A stretch of 64,000 nucleotides of DNA from an uncultured Gemmatimonadaceae bacterium (GTDB lineage: Bacteria; Gemmatimonadota; Gemmatimonadetes; Gemmatimonadales; Gemmatimonadaceae): the NCBI GenBank assembly GCA_963792685.1, contig CAWBWW010000001.1, positions 882,460-946,459 of the forward strand, given 5' to 3'. Below, in pieces: positions 21,141 through 31,337 of the stretch (positions are counted from its first letter, which is position 1; each line of letters opens with the position of its first letter). The notes under the pieces were generated by a model that did no database searches, was not told the origin of the DNA, and saw only the letters and a list, made by a program, of their open reading frames with translations. The translations under genes were made by a program, and so were the position numbers.

Positions 21141-21266
21141 CGGAAAAAGGCTCTTCGTTTTTTCCGGATTTGAACGGACTGGAACGGATCAAGCTCTCGC
21201 GGAGAAAATCCTTCCCGCCAAGACGCGCGAGTCCTCTCCCCGCGACGGATTCGATTCGTTTTTTTG
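21141..21266. terminator. AT-rich convergent intergenic region with two hairpin+T-tract elements (21141-21166 CGGAAAAA…TTTTTCCG; 21245-21266 ACGGAT-TCG-ATTCGT + T7). Probable bidirectional terminators for the MerR-like gene and lhr.
   Basis: Palindromes and T-runs read from the sequence; unusually low GC for this genome. Confidence 0.35.
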
Positions 21267-21316
21267 GTGTCATTCGTGTGAAGCAGCTGATCGTCCCCTC
21301 ATCCCTGCCCACCGAA

Positions 21317-24300
21317 TCACATCCGATAAAACACCAACCCATCCGTCGCGCGCCGCCACCCAGCGCTCATGATCGCATCCGCGTGCGCGCTCGCCCCCGC
21401 AGCTTCGCCGTTGATGGTCTCGATGCGCGGATCGCGCGCCGCTCGTGCGCCAGCCGGCGTGCCCCGCGAGAGATAGGCGCCGAGTAGTCGCGCCGCCTCC
21501 GTGATGTCCGCGTCGGATGCATCATCGGCGATGGAGATGCGGCGCCCCCGTCCCTCGGCGTTCATCAACACCCGCCCGCGCCGCGTGAGCAGCAGCGCGC
21601 CAGCGCCGCGCGGACGCACCAGTGAGCCGCGCGCGATCGACTCGAGCGGGAGCGTGTACGGGTTCGCCGGATCGGCTGCCGCCATCACGATTACGGGCGC
21701 ATCCGCATCGACATCCGGCTGCGCGCGGAGCCGCTCCACCGCTTCCGGCAGCGCGAACTGCGCGCCGCCCATCCCCTCCACGAAATATCCGCGTCGGACC
21801 TCGCCCCGATACTCGAGGCGCTTGAGCTCCCGGTAGATCGCACGCCAGCTCACCGGTGGTCGTTCGCGTCGCCACCAGTCGCGCGTGACGATCGCATACC
21901 GGTCCAGCCACACACGTGCGATATGCTCCGCGTGCTCCTCCTCGTCCGGGCGCGTCCCCCACGTGCCCGCCGTGCGAAGCAGCGACCAGCGCCCCACCCA
22001 GCCCGACATCGGCCCGGGGAGGTCCGGGCGTCGCCACTTCGGCAGCCGCCGCTGGTTTGGCACGCGCTGGTACACGGGACGCCCCGGCGACGCTTCGAAG
22101 TTCTCCGGCAGCCATCGTGTTGGATCCTGCAGCGGCTGCCCCCTGGCACTTCTCGCGCGGCCAGGGATCGAGCGCGTACGCACGACCTCGCGCAGCGCCT
22201 CGATGCTGTCGTTCGTCACGAGCGCCGCCGCCGACAGCTCACGCAGTGCATCGCGCACCGAGAGCGAGGTGAGCCCCGTCGCCGCCTGCACGTCCGCAAT
22301 GAACGAAGCGCCGATCCGCTCGAGCGCCTCTCGCACAGCGATCGCGTTTGCGCTGAGCGGCGGCTCGTCCCCTTCGTCGAGCCATATCGCGCCCTCTCCG
22401 CGCGGAAAGAAGCGCACGCTCGCGAGCGCCGGCGCATCGCCGGGATCGGGGCGGCTCCCGCCCGCCCAGACGATCGATCCATTCGATGCGAGCTGCGCGA
22501 GCCACGCAGGATCGTAACGCTCCAGCCTCGCGGGAAGGATGTCGCGCTCCCATGCACCCGGCGCCCGCGGCAACCCGGTCATCTGCTGCAGAATCGCGCT
22601 CACCCCGCTCGCGCCATTGAGATGCTCGCGCGGATCGAGATGCTGCCAGCGCTGCAGGAATGCCGTGTACGACGCGAGATCCACCGCCTGGATCTGCTTC
22701 CGGAGCGCAGCGAGCGCGCGATTGCGCGCAAGCTCGACCATTCTCCGCGTCGCCCATTCAGGCTCCTCCACATCGCGACGGAAACGCCCGCGCACGAGCT
22801 TCCCGTTCTCCTCCCACTCGCCAATCCGCTTCTCGATCCACGCCGCAGGCCACCCGTACCGCGTCTGCACCTCGGCGACCGTCACCGGACCCGCGAGCCC
22901 GAGCCATCGCGCCAGAATCTCTCGCCGCGCGACTTTGGGCTCGAGCACCACATGGAGCATCGCTGCGGGGATCACCTCTGCAGCGTCGCGCTCCACGAGC
23001 ATATGTCCTGCGCGTGCGCGGGAAATAGTCTCCGGCGCGCGCGCCGCAGCATATCGCCCGATGGTCTCCGTCAGCACGATGCGCCACTCATCGACCGAAC
23101 GGGATCGCCACCGCGCGCCCCGCGTCGAGCAGCTCGGCCATCGGGTCGGTCGCGCCGAGCCATCCGTCCGCATCGGCGACGCGCGCGCGCAGCTCCTCCG
23201 GCGTGAGATCGCCAGCACGATCGAGCAGCACCGCCAGTTCGTCGGCCGTGCGCGCCTGTCGTCCCGCCGCCGTGCCGCGTCGCTCGGCCAGCAGCTGCTC
23301 GATCGCCTCCAGCGTTCCCTCGTCCGCGCCCTCGGTGCCCATCACCTCGTCGAGGAGCCCGCGGTCGATCGACAAGCAGCGCAGCCTGTCGCTCGGCGCG
23401 CGGCGTGTCGTCGCCGTAGAGCCAGTCCATCACGAATCCGAACTGCAGACTGCGCCGCGAACGGCGACGCGCGCTCCGTCTCCACGGTGCGCATCGCGAT
23501 GCGTCCGGCGGCGATCGCATCGAGCACGTCCTTCAAGGCCGCCATGTCGAACGCATCCTGCAGCACCTCGCGATACGTCTCGACGAGGATCGGAAAGCTC
23601 GGGAAGCGTCGCACCGCATCGAGCAGATCCAGCGCCTTGAGGCGCTGCAGCCAGAGCGGCATCCGCCGGCGCGCCGATCCGCGCGGCAGCAGCAGCGCGC
23701 GCGCCGCATTCATGCGGAAGCGCGCGCCGAAGAGCGACGTCGCGCCGACCTCATCCATCACCCGCGTCTCGGCCTCGCTCGCCGAGAGATGCATGAGCGC
23801 GGACGAGCGGCGCCGTAGTGCCGAGGTCGGCAGGCGCAGCATGATGCCGTCGTCGGTCGTCTGCACCTGCACTTCCATTCGCCGGCAGCACCTCGCGCAC
23901 GCGCTGCGCGAGCGCCATCCCCCACGGCGCATTCACCCGTCCGCCGAACACCGAGTGCAGGATGATGCGGAGCGCGCCCATCTCGTCGCGGAACTGCTCG
24001 ATCACGAGCGTGCGATCATCGGGCACCACGCCCGTCGACGCGCGCTGCTCGGCGATGTACGAGCGCAGCGACTGCGCGCATGCCGCGTCGACGCCGTAGC
24101 GCGCTTCGAGCCCCGCGTTCACGGTGTCATCATCCACATCGATCGCCGCGAGCTCGCGCCGGAGCGCGCCCACGCGACGCGCTCAGCGGTACCGAGCGCG
24201 TCGAGAACTCGCCGTGCCAGAACGGCATCCGCGCCGGCGCGCCCGGCGCGGGCGTGACGATCACGCGATCGTGCTCGATCGAACGGATGCGCCACGTCGA

Positions 24301-25954
24301 GGAGCCGAGCTGGAACACGTCGCCCACGCGCGACTCGTGCACGAACTCCTCATCGAGCTCGCCCAGCCGCGTCCGATCGGCGAGGTTCACGGTGTAGAGG
24401 CCGCGGTCGGGAATCGTCCCGCCGGAGATCACCGCCATCATGCGCGATGCGCGCGTCCCGGCGAGCCTGTCGTTCACGCGATCCCACGTGATGCGCGGCT
24501 CGAGCTCCGCCGCGAGCTCCGACGGATACTTTCCCGACAGCATCGCCAGCACTTCGTCGAACGCCGCGCGCGTGAGGCCGGTGATACGGATACGCGCGAC
24601 GCACGAGCGTCGAACGCGTCGCCGCGCGTCCAGTCGTCCGACGCTGACGATCGCGACGATGATCTGCGCGAGCACGTCGAGCGCATTCTGGACGACGCGC
24701 GTGGGCTCGACGTCGCCCGCGCGCATCGCCTCGACGATCGCCGCGCTCTCCACGAGATCGTCGCGGAACGTCGGCACGAACACGCCGCGGCTCACCGCAT
24801 CGAGCGATTGTGCCCCGCGCGCCCAACGCGCTGGAGTCCGGCGCTCACGCGCTTCGGGCTCTGGAGCTGGATCACGAGATCCACCGAGCCGATGTCGATG
24901 CCCGAGCTCGAGTGAGCTCGTGGTGACCAGTGCGCGGCAGCTCGCCCGCCTTGAGCGCGCGCTCGAGCTCGAGCCGCCGCTCGCGCGAGAGCGAGCCGTG
25001 GTACGGCAGCGCGAGCTGCTCCTCGGCGAGCGCGTTCACGCGCGCCGCCATCTGTTCGGCCTGCGCCGCGGTTGTTCACGAAGACGAGCGTCGTGCGCGC
25101 GCTCGCGGATGTACTTGAGCACGAGCGTCGCGACCGACGGCCAGACGCTTCCGCCCACGTCGCCGAGGTCCGGCACCGGCGACACGACGCTGAGCTCCAT
25201 GCGTCTTCACGAGCCCGCAGTCGACGATCGTCACCGGCCGAAATACCGGCGCGGCGCTGTCCTCGCGCGCGGCGTCGCATCCCGCCGAGGAAATGCGCGA
25301 CCTCCTCGAGCGGCCGCTGCGTGGCGGACAATCCGATGCGCTGCACGCGGCGCTTCGACGAGCATCTCGAGCCGCTCGAGCGTGAGCGCGAGATGCGCGC
25401 CGCGCTTCGTGCCTGCCACCGCGTGAATTTCGTCGACGATCACCGCGCGCACGGCGCTGAACATGCCGCGCCCACGGAGGCTCGTCAGCAGGATGTGCAG
25501 CGACTCGGGCGTCGTGATCAGGATGTGCGGCGACTTGCGAAGCATCCGCGCGCGCGCGGATGCCGGCGTGTCGCCCGTGCGCACGGCGACGCGGATCTCG
25601 GGAAACGCCTTCCCCTCCGCCTCGAACCGCGCGCGCAGCTCCGCGAGCGGCCGCTCGAGATTGCGCTGGACGTCGTTGTTGAGCGCCTTGAGCGGCGAGA
25701 TGTAGAGAATCTGCACCGCGTTCGGCAGCGGCGACTCGAGCCCGTCGCACGATGAGCTGATTCAGCTCCCAGAGGAACGCGGCGAGCGTCTTTCCGGTGC
25801 CGGTGGGCGCGAGGATCAGCGTGTGCTCGCCACTCGCGATCGCCGGCCATCCCAGCCGCTGCGGCTCGCTCGGCGCCCCGAACCGCTCCGCGAACCAGGC
25901 GCGAACGATCGGGTGAAACGAGGCGAGCGGACCCGCGGTGGCGCGGCGTGGCAT
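21317..25954 (-). pseudogene. lhr: Lhr-family large ATP-dependent helicase (DEAD/DEAH box, ~1545 codons) interrupted by at least 6 frame breaks. Pseudogene or error-dense assembly.
   Basis: N-terminal Walker A …TLILAPTGTGKTLAAFLWELNQL… (ORF 25076..25954). Colinear Lhr segments in ORFs 25231..25716, 24792..25346, 24130..24795, 23751..24173 and 23342..23932. Intact 633-aa C-terminal Lhr domain in 21317..23218. Confidence 0.7.
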
Positions 25955-25981
25955 GCGTGAAAGTTACGCCACGCGGCTGCG

Positions 25982-27329
25982 CTACAGCAGGCGCGCCATT
26001 GCCGACGAACCCACCTCGAAAATGCGCTGCAGCAGTCCGCGCTTCTCGAACTCCGCGCGCGTGATCTCCTTCGAGTATTTGAGATCGTTCAGAAACACCG
26101 AGTCGAGCGTTGCGCCCGTCGTCGCATCGAGCACGTTCAGATTGCGACTCGTTGTTGAAGACCATCGAGCGGTTGTCGAAGTTCATCGACCCAACACTCA
26201 CCCACATCCCATCGGCCACGAGCGTCTTGGCGTGCATCATCGTGGGTGCGAACTCGAAGATCCTCACGCCGCCCTTGAGAAGATCATCGTACTGCTTGCG
26301 TCCAGCATAGCGCGTGATCTTCACATCGGATTCCTCACCGACAGTGAGCACGCGCACGTCCACGCCGCGCTTCGACGCCTCGATGAGCAGATGTTTGAAG
26401 TCGTAATTCGGCACGAAGTAGGAGTTCGTGATGAACAGCCGGTGGCGCGCGCCCGCGATGCTGAGCGCCAGAAAGCGCTCGGCCGGCGTGCTCCCAATCG
26501 TCGGCTGCGCGTCGAGCAGCCCTGCGAATTCCGCGGGCTCCTCCTTCACCGGCTCCTTCGGAAAGAATTTCTCCCCGGTAAGCAGCACCCCGGTGGCTTC
26601 CACCCAGCCATCCGCGAACGTCGCCTGCAGCTGCGACACGGCGGGTCCGGTGAATCGCACGTCGGTGTCGCGCCATTGATCCTTCGCGTGCCCGTTCCCC
26701 AGCCACTTGTCTGCAATGCCGAACCCGCCCGTGAATCCCACGCGCCCATCGACAACGATCACGCGATTGTGCGAGCGGTTCTGCAGCTTCTGCAGGTCGT
26801 ACCAGTGCGCTGGACGAAATTTCGAGAAGTGCACGCCCGCGGCCTTGAGCGAATCGACGTACCCGTCCTTGATGTTTTGCCCGCCAAAGGCATCCGTGAG
26901 CATGTACACGGCGACGCCGTTGCGGGCGCGCTCGCGGAGGATCTCGGAGAGAGTATCCGCGATCTTCCCCGGCTCGAAATAGTACATCTGGATCGTGATC
27001 GTCTGCTTCGCGCCGCGCAGCTCCTTCCAGATGGTCGGGAAGGTCTGCTCGCCATTGAACAGCACCGTCACGTGGTTGCCATCAGTGAGGTGCGTTCCCG
27101 TGAACATTTCCATGGTTCGCGTGAACAGCGAGTCGCCTACTCGTGGCGCCGCCTCGCCCACTCCCTGCAAGCGCGACAGGTGCGTGCCGTGAAGGGTGAA
27201 TTCCATCCCGATCATGGTGAACACCACGAGCAGAAGCCCGCCCGCCGTGAGTACGACCTTCTCGAGAAGGCTGCGCTCCACACGGTACGCGTCCTTCTCC
27301 TTCGAAGCTCCAGTTCTGTTCCTTTTCAT
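25982..27329 (-). CDS. cls: Cardiolipin synthase / phospholipase-D family protein (two HKD motifs); one frame break near 26135
   Basis: N-terminal TM helices. First motif …HNRVIVVDGRVGFTGGFGIADKW…, second motif …MMHAKTLVADGMWVSVGSMNFDNRS…. The true C-terminus (…NESNLNVLDATTGATLDSVFLNDLKYSKEITRAEFEKRGLLQRIFEVGSSAMARLL*) reads in the -1 frame and stops at 25982-25984. The listed 603-aa ORF running into lhr is an artefact of the break. Confidence 0.7.
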
Positions 27330-27421
27330 GACCGGTTTCCATGCAAGGCTGACGCCGCTAGAAAAACGCCCACTTTCCGGTCGCTTGCTCCGCCCGCAGC
27401 ACTAGTCCACCTTTCCGGCAC

Positions 27422-28276
27422 ATGGTTCTCGCCTCGCGACGCCGAACGGCTGCGCGGACGATCGCGCTCGACCGGTCGCTCGAAACCCTGCCGATCTTCC
27501 GTCTCAGTGATTCCGCGGACGACTCGGCCATTACATATCTGCCGCCGGCAGGCGGCCGATGGCGCGTCCTCCCGAATCCCGGCGATCGCCTCCCCGGCAC
27601 CTTCGATCAGGACGTCTACGTAGAGCTGTGGCGCCGCTTCGAGGAGGCCGGATCCCCGTCCGACGGGAACGTCTCCTTCACCCTACATGCGTTCCTCCGC
27701 TCCATTGGCCGACGCGTGGACGGCCGCACCTACGAGCAGCTCCGCTCCGCACTCGCGCGCCTGCAGCACACGACCCTCGAATCTCACCAGGCCTACTTCG
27801 ACGGCGCCGCTCGCACCGTCGTCGACTCGCGCTTCAGCGTTCTGACCGGCGTCGTCATCGAGCGCCGCCGACTCGCCGATCGCGACCAGCTCGGGCTCTT
27901 CTCCGCCTTCCCGGCATCTGAGCCAGGCGAGGCGTACGTCACGCTCTCGCCAATCGCGAGAGCCAATATCGCAGCGGGCCACTCCGTCCTCCTCTCCGCC
28001 GCGCAGTACATGGCGCTCTCGTCGCCGGTCGCGCGGCGACTCTACCGTCTGTTCGAGGTCGCGCACGAAGAGGGGTTGGATCACTGGCGCGTTACTCTCG
28101 GTCACCTAGCCGAACAGCTTCCCCTGGCACAGCGTTACCCTTCACACCTGCAGCGCGTTCTGCAACCAGCGCACGAAATGCTGATCGCGGCCGGTCTCGT
28201 GCGCGAAGTGACCGTACAGCAACAGGCGCGTGAGTGGTATGTTGAATACACGCTCGCGGACCGGACTCATTCGTAG
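27422..28276 (+). CDS. Replication-initiator-protein-A-like protein (RPA/RepA family, as on Thermus/Deinococcus-type plasmids)
   Basis: N-terminal …RSLETLPIFRLSDSADDSAITYLPPAGGRWRVLPNPGDRLPGTFDQDVYVELWRRF… resembles the conserved RepA N-terminus (DELNLAEFPL..LS.R…). Assignment is from memory of the family, not a search. Confidence 0.45.
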   Translation: MVLASRRRTAARTIALDRSLETLPIFRLSDSADDSAITYLPPAGGRWRVLPNPGDRLPGTFDQDVYVELWRRFEEAGSPSDGNVSFTLHAFLRSIGRRVDGRTYEQLRSALARLQHTTLESHQAYFDGAARTVVDSRFSVLTGVVIERRRLADRDQLGLFSAFPASEPGEAYVTLSPIARANIAAGHSVLLSAAQYMALSSPVARRLYRLFEVAHEEGLDHWRVTLGHLAEQLPLAQRYPSHLQRVLQPAHEMLIAAGLVREVTVQQQAREWYVEYTLADRTHS

Positions 28277-28333
28277 GCGAGCAGTATTCTTGCGGTGCCC
28301 CGTCGTTCTCCTCTACCCTCGGAGTGCTCCCCC

Positions 28334-28528
28334 ATGGCGACTAAGCTCGAAAAGACACTCAAGCGCGAAATCGAAATCGATGGTGCAGCGTACATGGTTG
28401 CGATCTCGCCCGAGGGCGTGAAACTCACACAGAAGGGTTTCCGCAAAGGACCCGAGCTCACGTGGAAGCAAATTCTCACGAGCGGTGGTGGCGCGACGCA
28501 CTCGGGAAGCGAAGGCGGCGGAGAGTAG
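28334..28528 (+). CDS. Small hypothetical protein (64 aa) immediately downstream of the repA-like gene
   Basis: ATG at 28334 (MATKLEKTLKREIEIDGAAYMVAISPEGVKLTQKGFRKGPELTWKQILTSGGGATHSGSEGGGE). Coding-like composition; glycine-rich tail. Confidence 0.4.
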   Translation: MATKLEKTLKREIEIDGAAYMVAISPEGVKLTQKGFRKGPELTWKQILTSGGGATHSGSEGGGE

Positions 28529-28530
28529 CT

Positions 28531-28606
28531 CCGCGCGTCACTGAGCGCGGGAGAGGGGGAACTATCTCCCGGCACGGTCGTATTTCAGAGGAGATCGATT
28601 CTCCTC
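28531..28606 (+). promoter_or_regulatory. Three clustered perfect hairpins in the leader of ctp (CCGCGC/GCGCGG; CGGGAGA/TCTCCCG; GAGGAGA/TCTCCTC). The first two overlap and are mutually exclusive; the third sequesters an SD-like GAGGAGA.
   Basis: Inverted repeats read from the sequence at 28531-28550, 28548-28571 and 28588-28606. Confidence 0.3.
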
Positions 28607-28619
28607 ATTCCAGGTATTT

Positions 28620-30224
28620 ATGTCTCGACTTCGTACCGCGGCGCTGCTCGGCGTCATAGCGCTGCCGATCGTCATCGGGGGCGCTGCCATCGAACGGCAG
28701 TCTACCCGCGATGGCGCGCACGTGTTCGACCAGGTGCTCTCGCTCGTGAGCGAACGCTTCGTCGACACGCTGCAGCAGAACCAGCTCTTCGAGAAGGCGG
28801 CACGCGGTCTCGTGCAGCAGCTCGACGATCCATATTCGGAGCTCTACACACCGGCGCAGCTCAAGCGCTTCTCCACCATGGCCACCGGCAAGTACGGCGG
28901 CATCGGGATGCAGATCGAGCAGCAGGAAGGCGCGATCGTCGTAGTTCGCGTGTTCGACCACACGCCCGCAGAGCAGGCCGGCATCGCCGAGGGCGATCAC
29001 ATCGTCGGCATCGACACGGCGTCCACGCGCGGTTGGACCTCACAGCAGGTTTCCGACGTGCTCGTCGGCACCATCGGCACCAAGGTGAAGGTGAAGTTCG
29101 CTCGCCCCGGCATCTCGACGCCGATCGAGCACGCCTTCACGCGCGCGGAGATTCACGTGCCCGCCGTGCCGTACGCACTCATGCTCGACAACAAGGTGGC
29201 GTACGTGCCGCTCCAGCAGTTCAGCGAGAACTCCGCCGCCGAGCTGCGCGCGAACGTCAACCGGCTCGTCCACGAAGGCGCGAAAGGCATCGTCCTCGAT
29301 CTCCGCAATGATCCAGGCGGCATCCTCGATCAGGGACTCGACATCGCCGATCTCTTCCTCAACTCCGGACAGACGATCGCGAGCGTGCGCACGCGTCAGG
29401 GCCCGCCGCAGGTCTTCAATACGCACGGCGGAACGCACCTCACCGACATCCCGTTGGTCGTCCTCGTCGACGGCTACTCGGCATCCGCCAGCGAAATCGT
29501 CACCGGCGCGCTGCAGGATCACGATCGCGCGCTCGTCGTCGGCACCACGTCGTTCGGCAAGGGACTCGTACAGACCGTTTTCCCGCTGGATGGCGGATGG
29601 GCGATGAAGCTCACCACAGGCAAGTGGTATACACCGAGCGGTCGCTCGATCCAGAAGAACCGGAAGCACATCGATCCGGATTCCGCAGTGGGCGCAGTCG
29701 CATCGCAGGACACCAAGCCGGATTCGCTCGAGACGGACACCGTCAAGAAGAATCGTCCGCAGTTCAAGAGCGACGCGGGTCGCACGATCTATGGTGGCGG
29801 TGGCGTCACGCCCGACATCATCGTTCCGGAAGACACGGTCACCACGGCCGAGCAGGAGTTCGCGAAGGCGGTGGCGCCGAAGTTCCCCGCACTCCGCGGC
29901 GTGCTGTACGGGTACGCATTCGAGCTGAAGGATCACGTCACGAAGGACTTCACCGTGACGCCCGCGTGGCGCGACGAGTTCTACAAGCGGCTCGAGGCCC
30001 AGAAGATCCTCACCGACCGCAAGCAGTACGATGCGGCGACACCGCTCGTGAACCGCTGGCTCTCGCAGCAGGTCGCGCGGCTCGCGTTCGGCGACTCCAC
30101 CGCGTTCCGTCGCACGATTCCGGATGATCCGCAGCTCCGCAAAGCGCTCGATGTGCTCCGCAAGGGACAGACGCAGAAGGATCTCTTCTCCATCGCTCGG
30201 GCGGACGCACCAGCGCGACATTAG
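28620..30224 (+). CDS. ctp: Carboxy-terminal processing protease (S41 family, PDZ domain; tail-specific protease)
   Basis: …GKYGGIGMQIEQQEGAIVVVRVFDHTPAEQAGIAEGDHIVGID… (PDZ) and S41 catalytic region …LVDGYSASASEIVTGALQDHDRALVVGTTSFGKGLVQT…. Confidence 0.8.
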   Translation: MSRLRTAALLGVIALPIVIGGAAIERQSTRDGAHVFDQVLSLVSERFVDTLQQNQLFEKAARGLVQQLDDPYSELYTPAQLKRFSTMATGKYGGIGMQIEQQEGAIVVVRVFDHTPAEQAGIAEGDHIVGIDTASTRGWTSQQVSDVLVGTIGTKVKVKFARPGISTPIEHAFTRAEIHVPAVPYALMLDNKVAYVPLQQFSENSAAELRANVNRLVHEGAKGIVLDLRNDPGGILDQGLDIADLFLNSGQTIASVRTRQGPPQVFNTHGGTHLTDIPLVVLVDGYSASASEIVTGALQDHDRALVVGTTSFGKGLVQTVFPLDGGWAMKLTTGKWYTPSGRSIQKNRKHIDPDSAVGAVASQDTKPDSLETDTVKKNRPQFKSDAGRTIYGGGGVTPDIIVPEDTVTTAEQEFAKAVAPKFPALRGVLYGYAFELKDHVTKDFTVTPAWRDEFYKRLEAQKILTDRKQYDAATPLVNRWLSQQVARLAFGDSTAFRRTIPDDPQLRKALDVLRKGQTQKDLFSIARADAPARH

Positions 30225-30233
30225 CTTTCCAGC

Positions 30234-31304
30234 ATGCGATACGCGCGACTGGTAATGACCGCGGCCACGCTCGTGGCCGCGGTTGCTTGTCACGGCGGAG
30301 CCGCCCATCCCGCTTCGCCGGCCCCCAGCTCGGCCGCAGCTCAACGCCCCGCCGAGCTGCACCTCTCCAACATTCGGCAGCTCACGCACGGCGGTGAAAA
30401 TGCCGAGGCGTATTTCAGCACGGATGGAAAGCGCCTGATCTTCCAGAGCACGCGCGACGGGCGCAGCTGCGATCAGGAATACGTCATGAACGCCGACGGC
30501 TCCGGACAGCAGCGCATCTCCGATGGCACCGGCAAGACGACGTGCGGCTACTTCTTCGCGTACAACACGAAGGTCTTCTACGCATCCACGCGCGCGGCGG
30601 ACAGCGCGTGTCCCAAGCGCCCCGACCCGTCCAAAGGATACGTCTGGGGGCTCGACAAGTACGACATCTACACCGCGAATCCCGACGGCAGCGGCACGCA
30701 ACGCCTCACGACGAACAACGTCTACACGGCGGAGGGCACACTCTCGCCGGACGGCAAGACGATCGTGTTCACATCACTGAAGGATGGCGACCTCGACATC
30801 TACACGATGAACGTCGATGGCACGAACGTCCGCCGCCTCACGAACACTCCGGGCTACGACGGCGGCCCGTTCTTCTCCCCCGATGGCAAGCGCATCGTGT
30901 ATCGCGCGTACCATCCCTCCGATTCCACCGAGCTCGCGCAGTATCGCGATCTGCTCAGCCAGTCCATCGTCCGCCCGAACAAGATGGAGATCTGGGTGAT
31001 GAACGCCGACGGCAGCGATCAGCATCAGATCACGCACCTCGGCGGCGCGAACTTCGCCCCGTTCTTCACCCCGGACGGCAAGCGGATCATTCTTTCGTCG
31101 AACTACACGAACCCGCACAGCGGTGAGTTCGATCTCTACCTCATCGACGACCACGGCGGCTCGCTCGAGCCGGTGACGACCGCGCGCGGCTTCGATGGAT
31201 TCCCGCAGTTCAGCCCCGATGGCAAGCAGCTCGTGTGGGCCTCGAGTCGCAACGCCACCGGAGAGCACCAGCTCGACCTGTTCATTGCGGACTGGAAGCC
31301 GTAG
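30234..31304 (+). CDS. Periplasmic TolB-like WD40/PD40 beta-propeller protein
   Basis: Repeated …SPDGKRIVF/…TPDGKRIIL… blades with the F.S.DG pattern; signal peptide. Confidence 0.65.
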   Translation: MRYARLVMTAATLVAAVACHGGAAHPASPAPSSAAAQRPAELHLSNIRQLTHGGENAEAYFSTDGKRLIFQSTRDGRSCDQEYVMNADGSGQQRISDGTGKTTCGYFFAYNTKVFYASTRAADSACPKRPDPSKGYVWGLDKYDIYTANPDGSGTQRLTTNNVYTAEGTLSPDGKTIVFTSLKDGDLDIYTMNVDGTNVRRLTNTPGYDGGPFFSPDGKRIVYRAYHPSDSTELAQYRDLLSQSIVRPNKMEIWVMNADGSDQHQITHLGGANFAPFFTPDGKRIILSSNYTNPHSGEFDLYLIDDHGGSLEPVTTARGFDGFPQFSPDGKQLVWASSRNATGEHQLDLFIADWKP

Positions 31305-31337
31305 CATGCAACGGCTGACCTCAGAAGTGGAGCATCC

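Noticed and set aside
21160-21200. T-loop-like motif GGATTTGAACGG (reverse complement CCGTTCAAATCC) suggesting a minus-strand tRNA
   Set aside because: The flanks do not form acceptor, D or anticodon stems, and no CCA/TGG-adjacent 7-bp acceptor pairing exists. Treated as part of an AT-rich terminator region.
21923-24257. Long plus-strand ORFs (21923..23206, 22539..24257)
   Set aside because: Antisense shadows of lhr; extreme Arg/Ala/Pro bias.
25518-27329. 603-aa ORF apparently fusing cls to the start of lhr
   Set aside because: After the cls frame break (~26135) the true C-terminus and stop (25982-25984) are in another frame. The run-on into lhr is an artefact.
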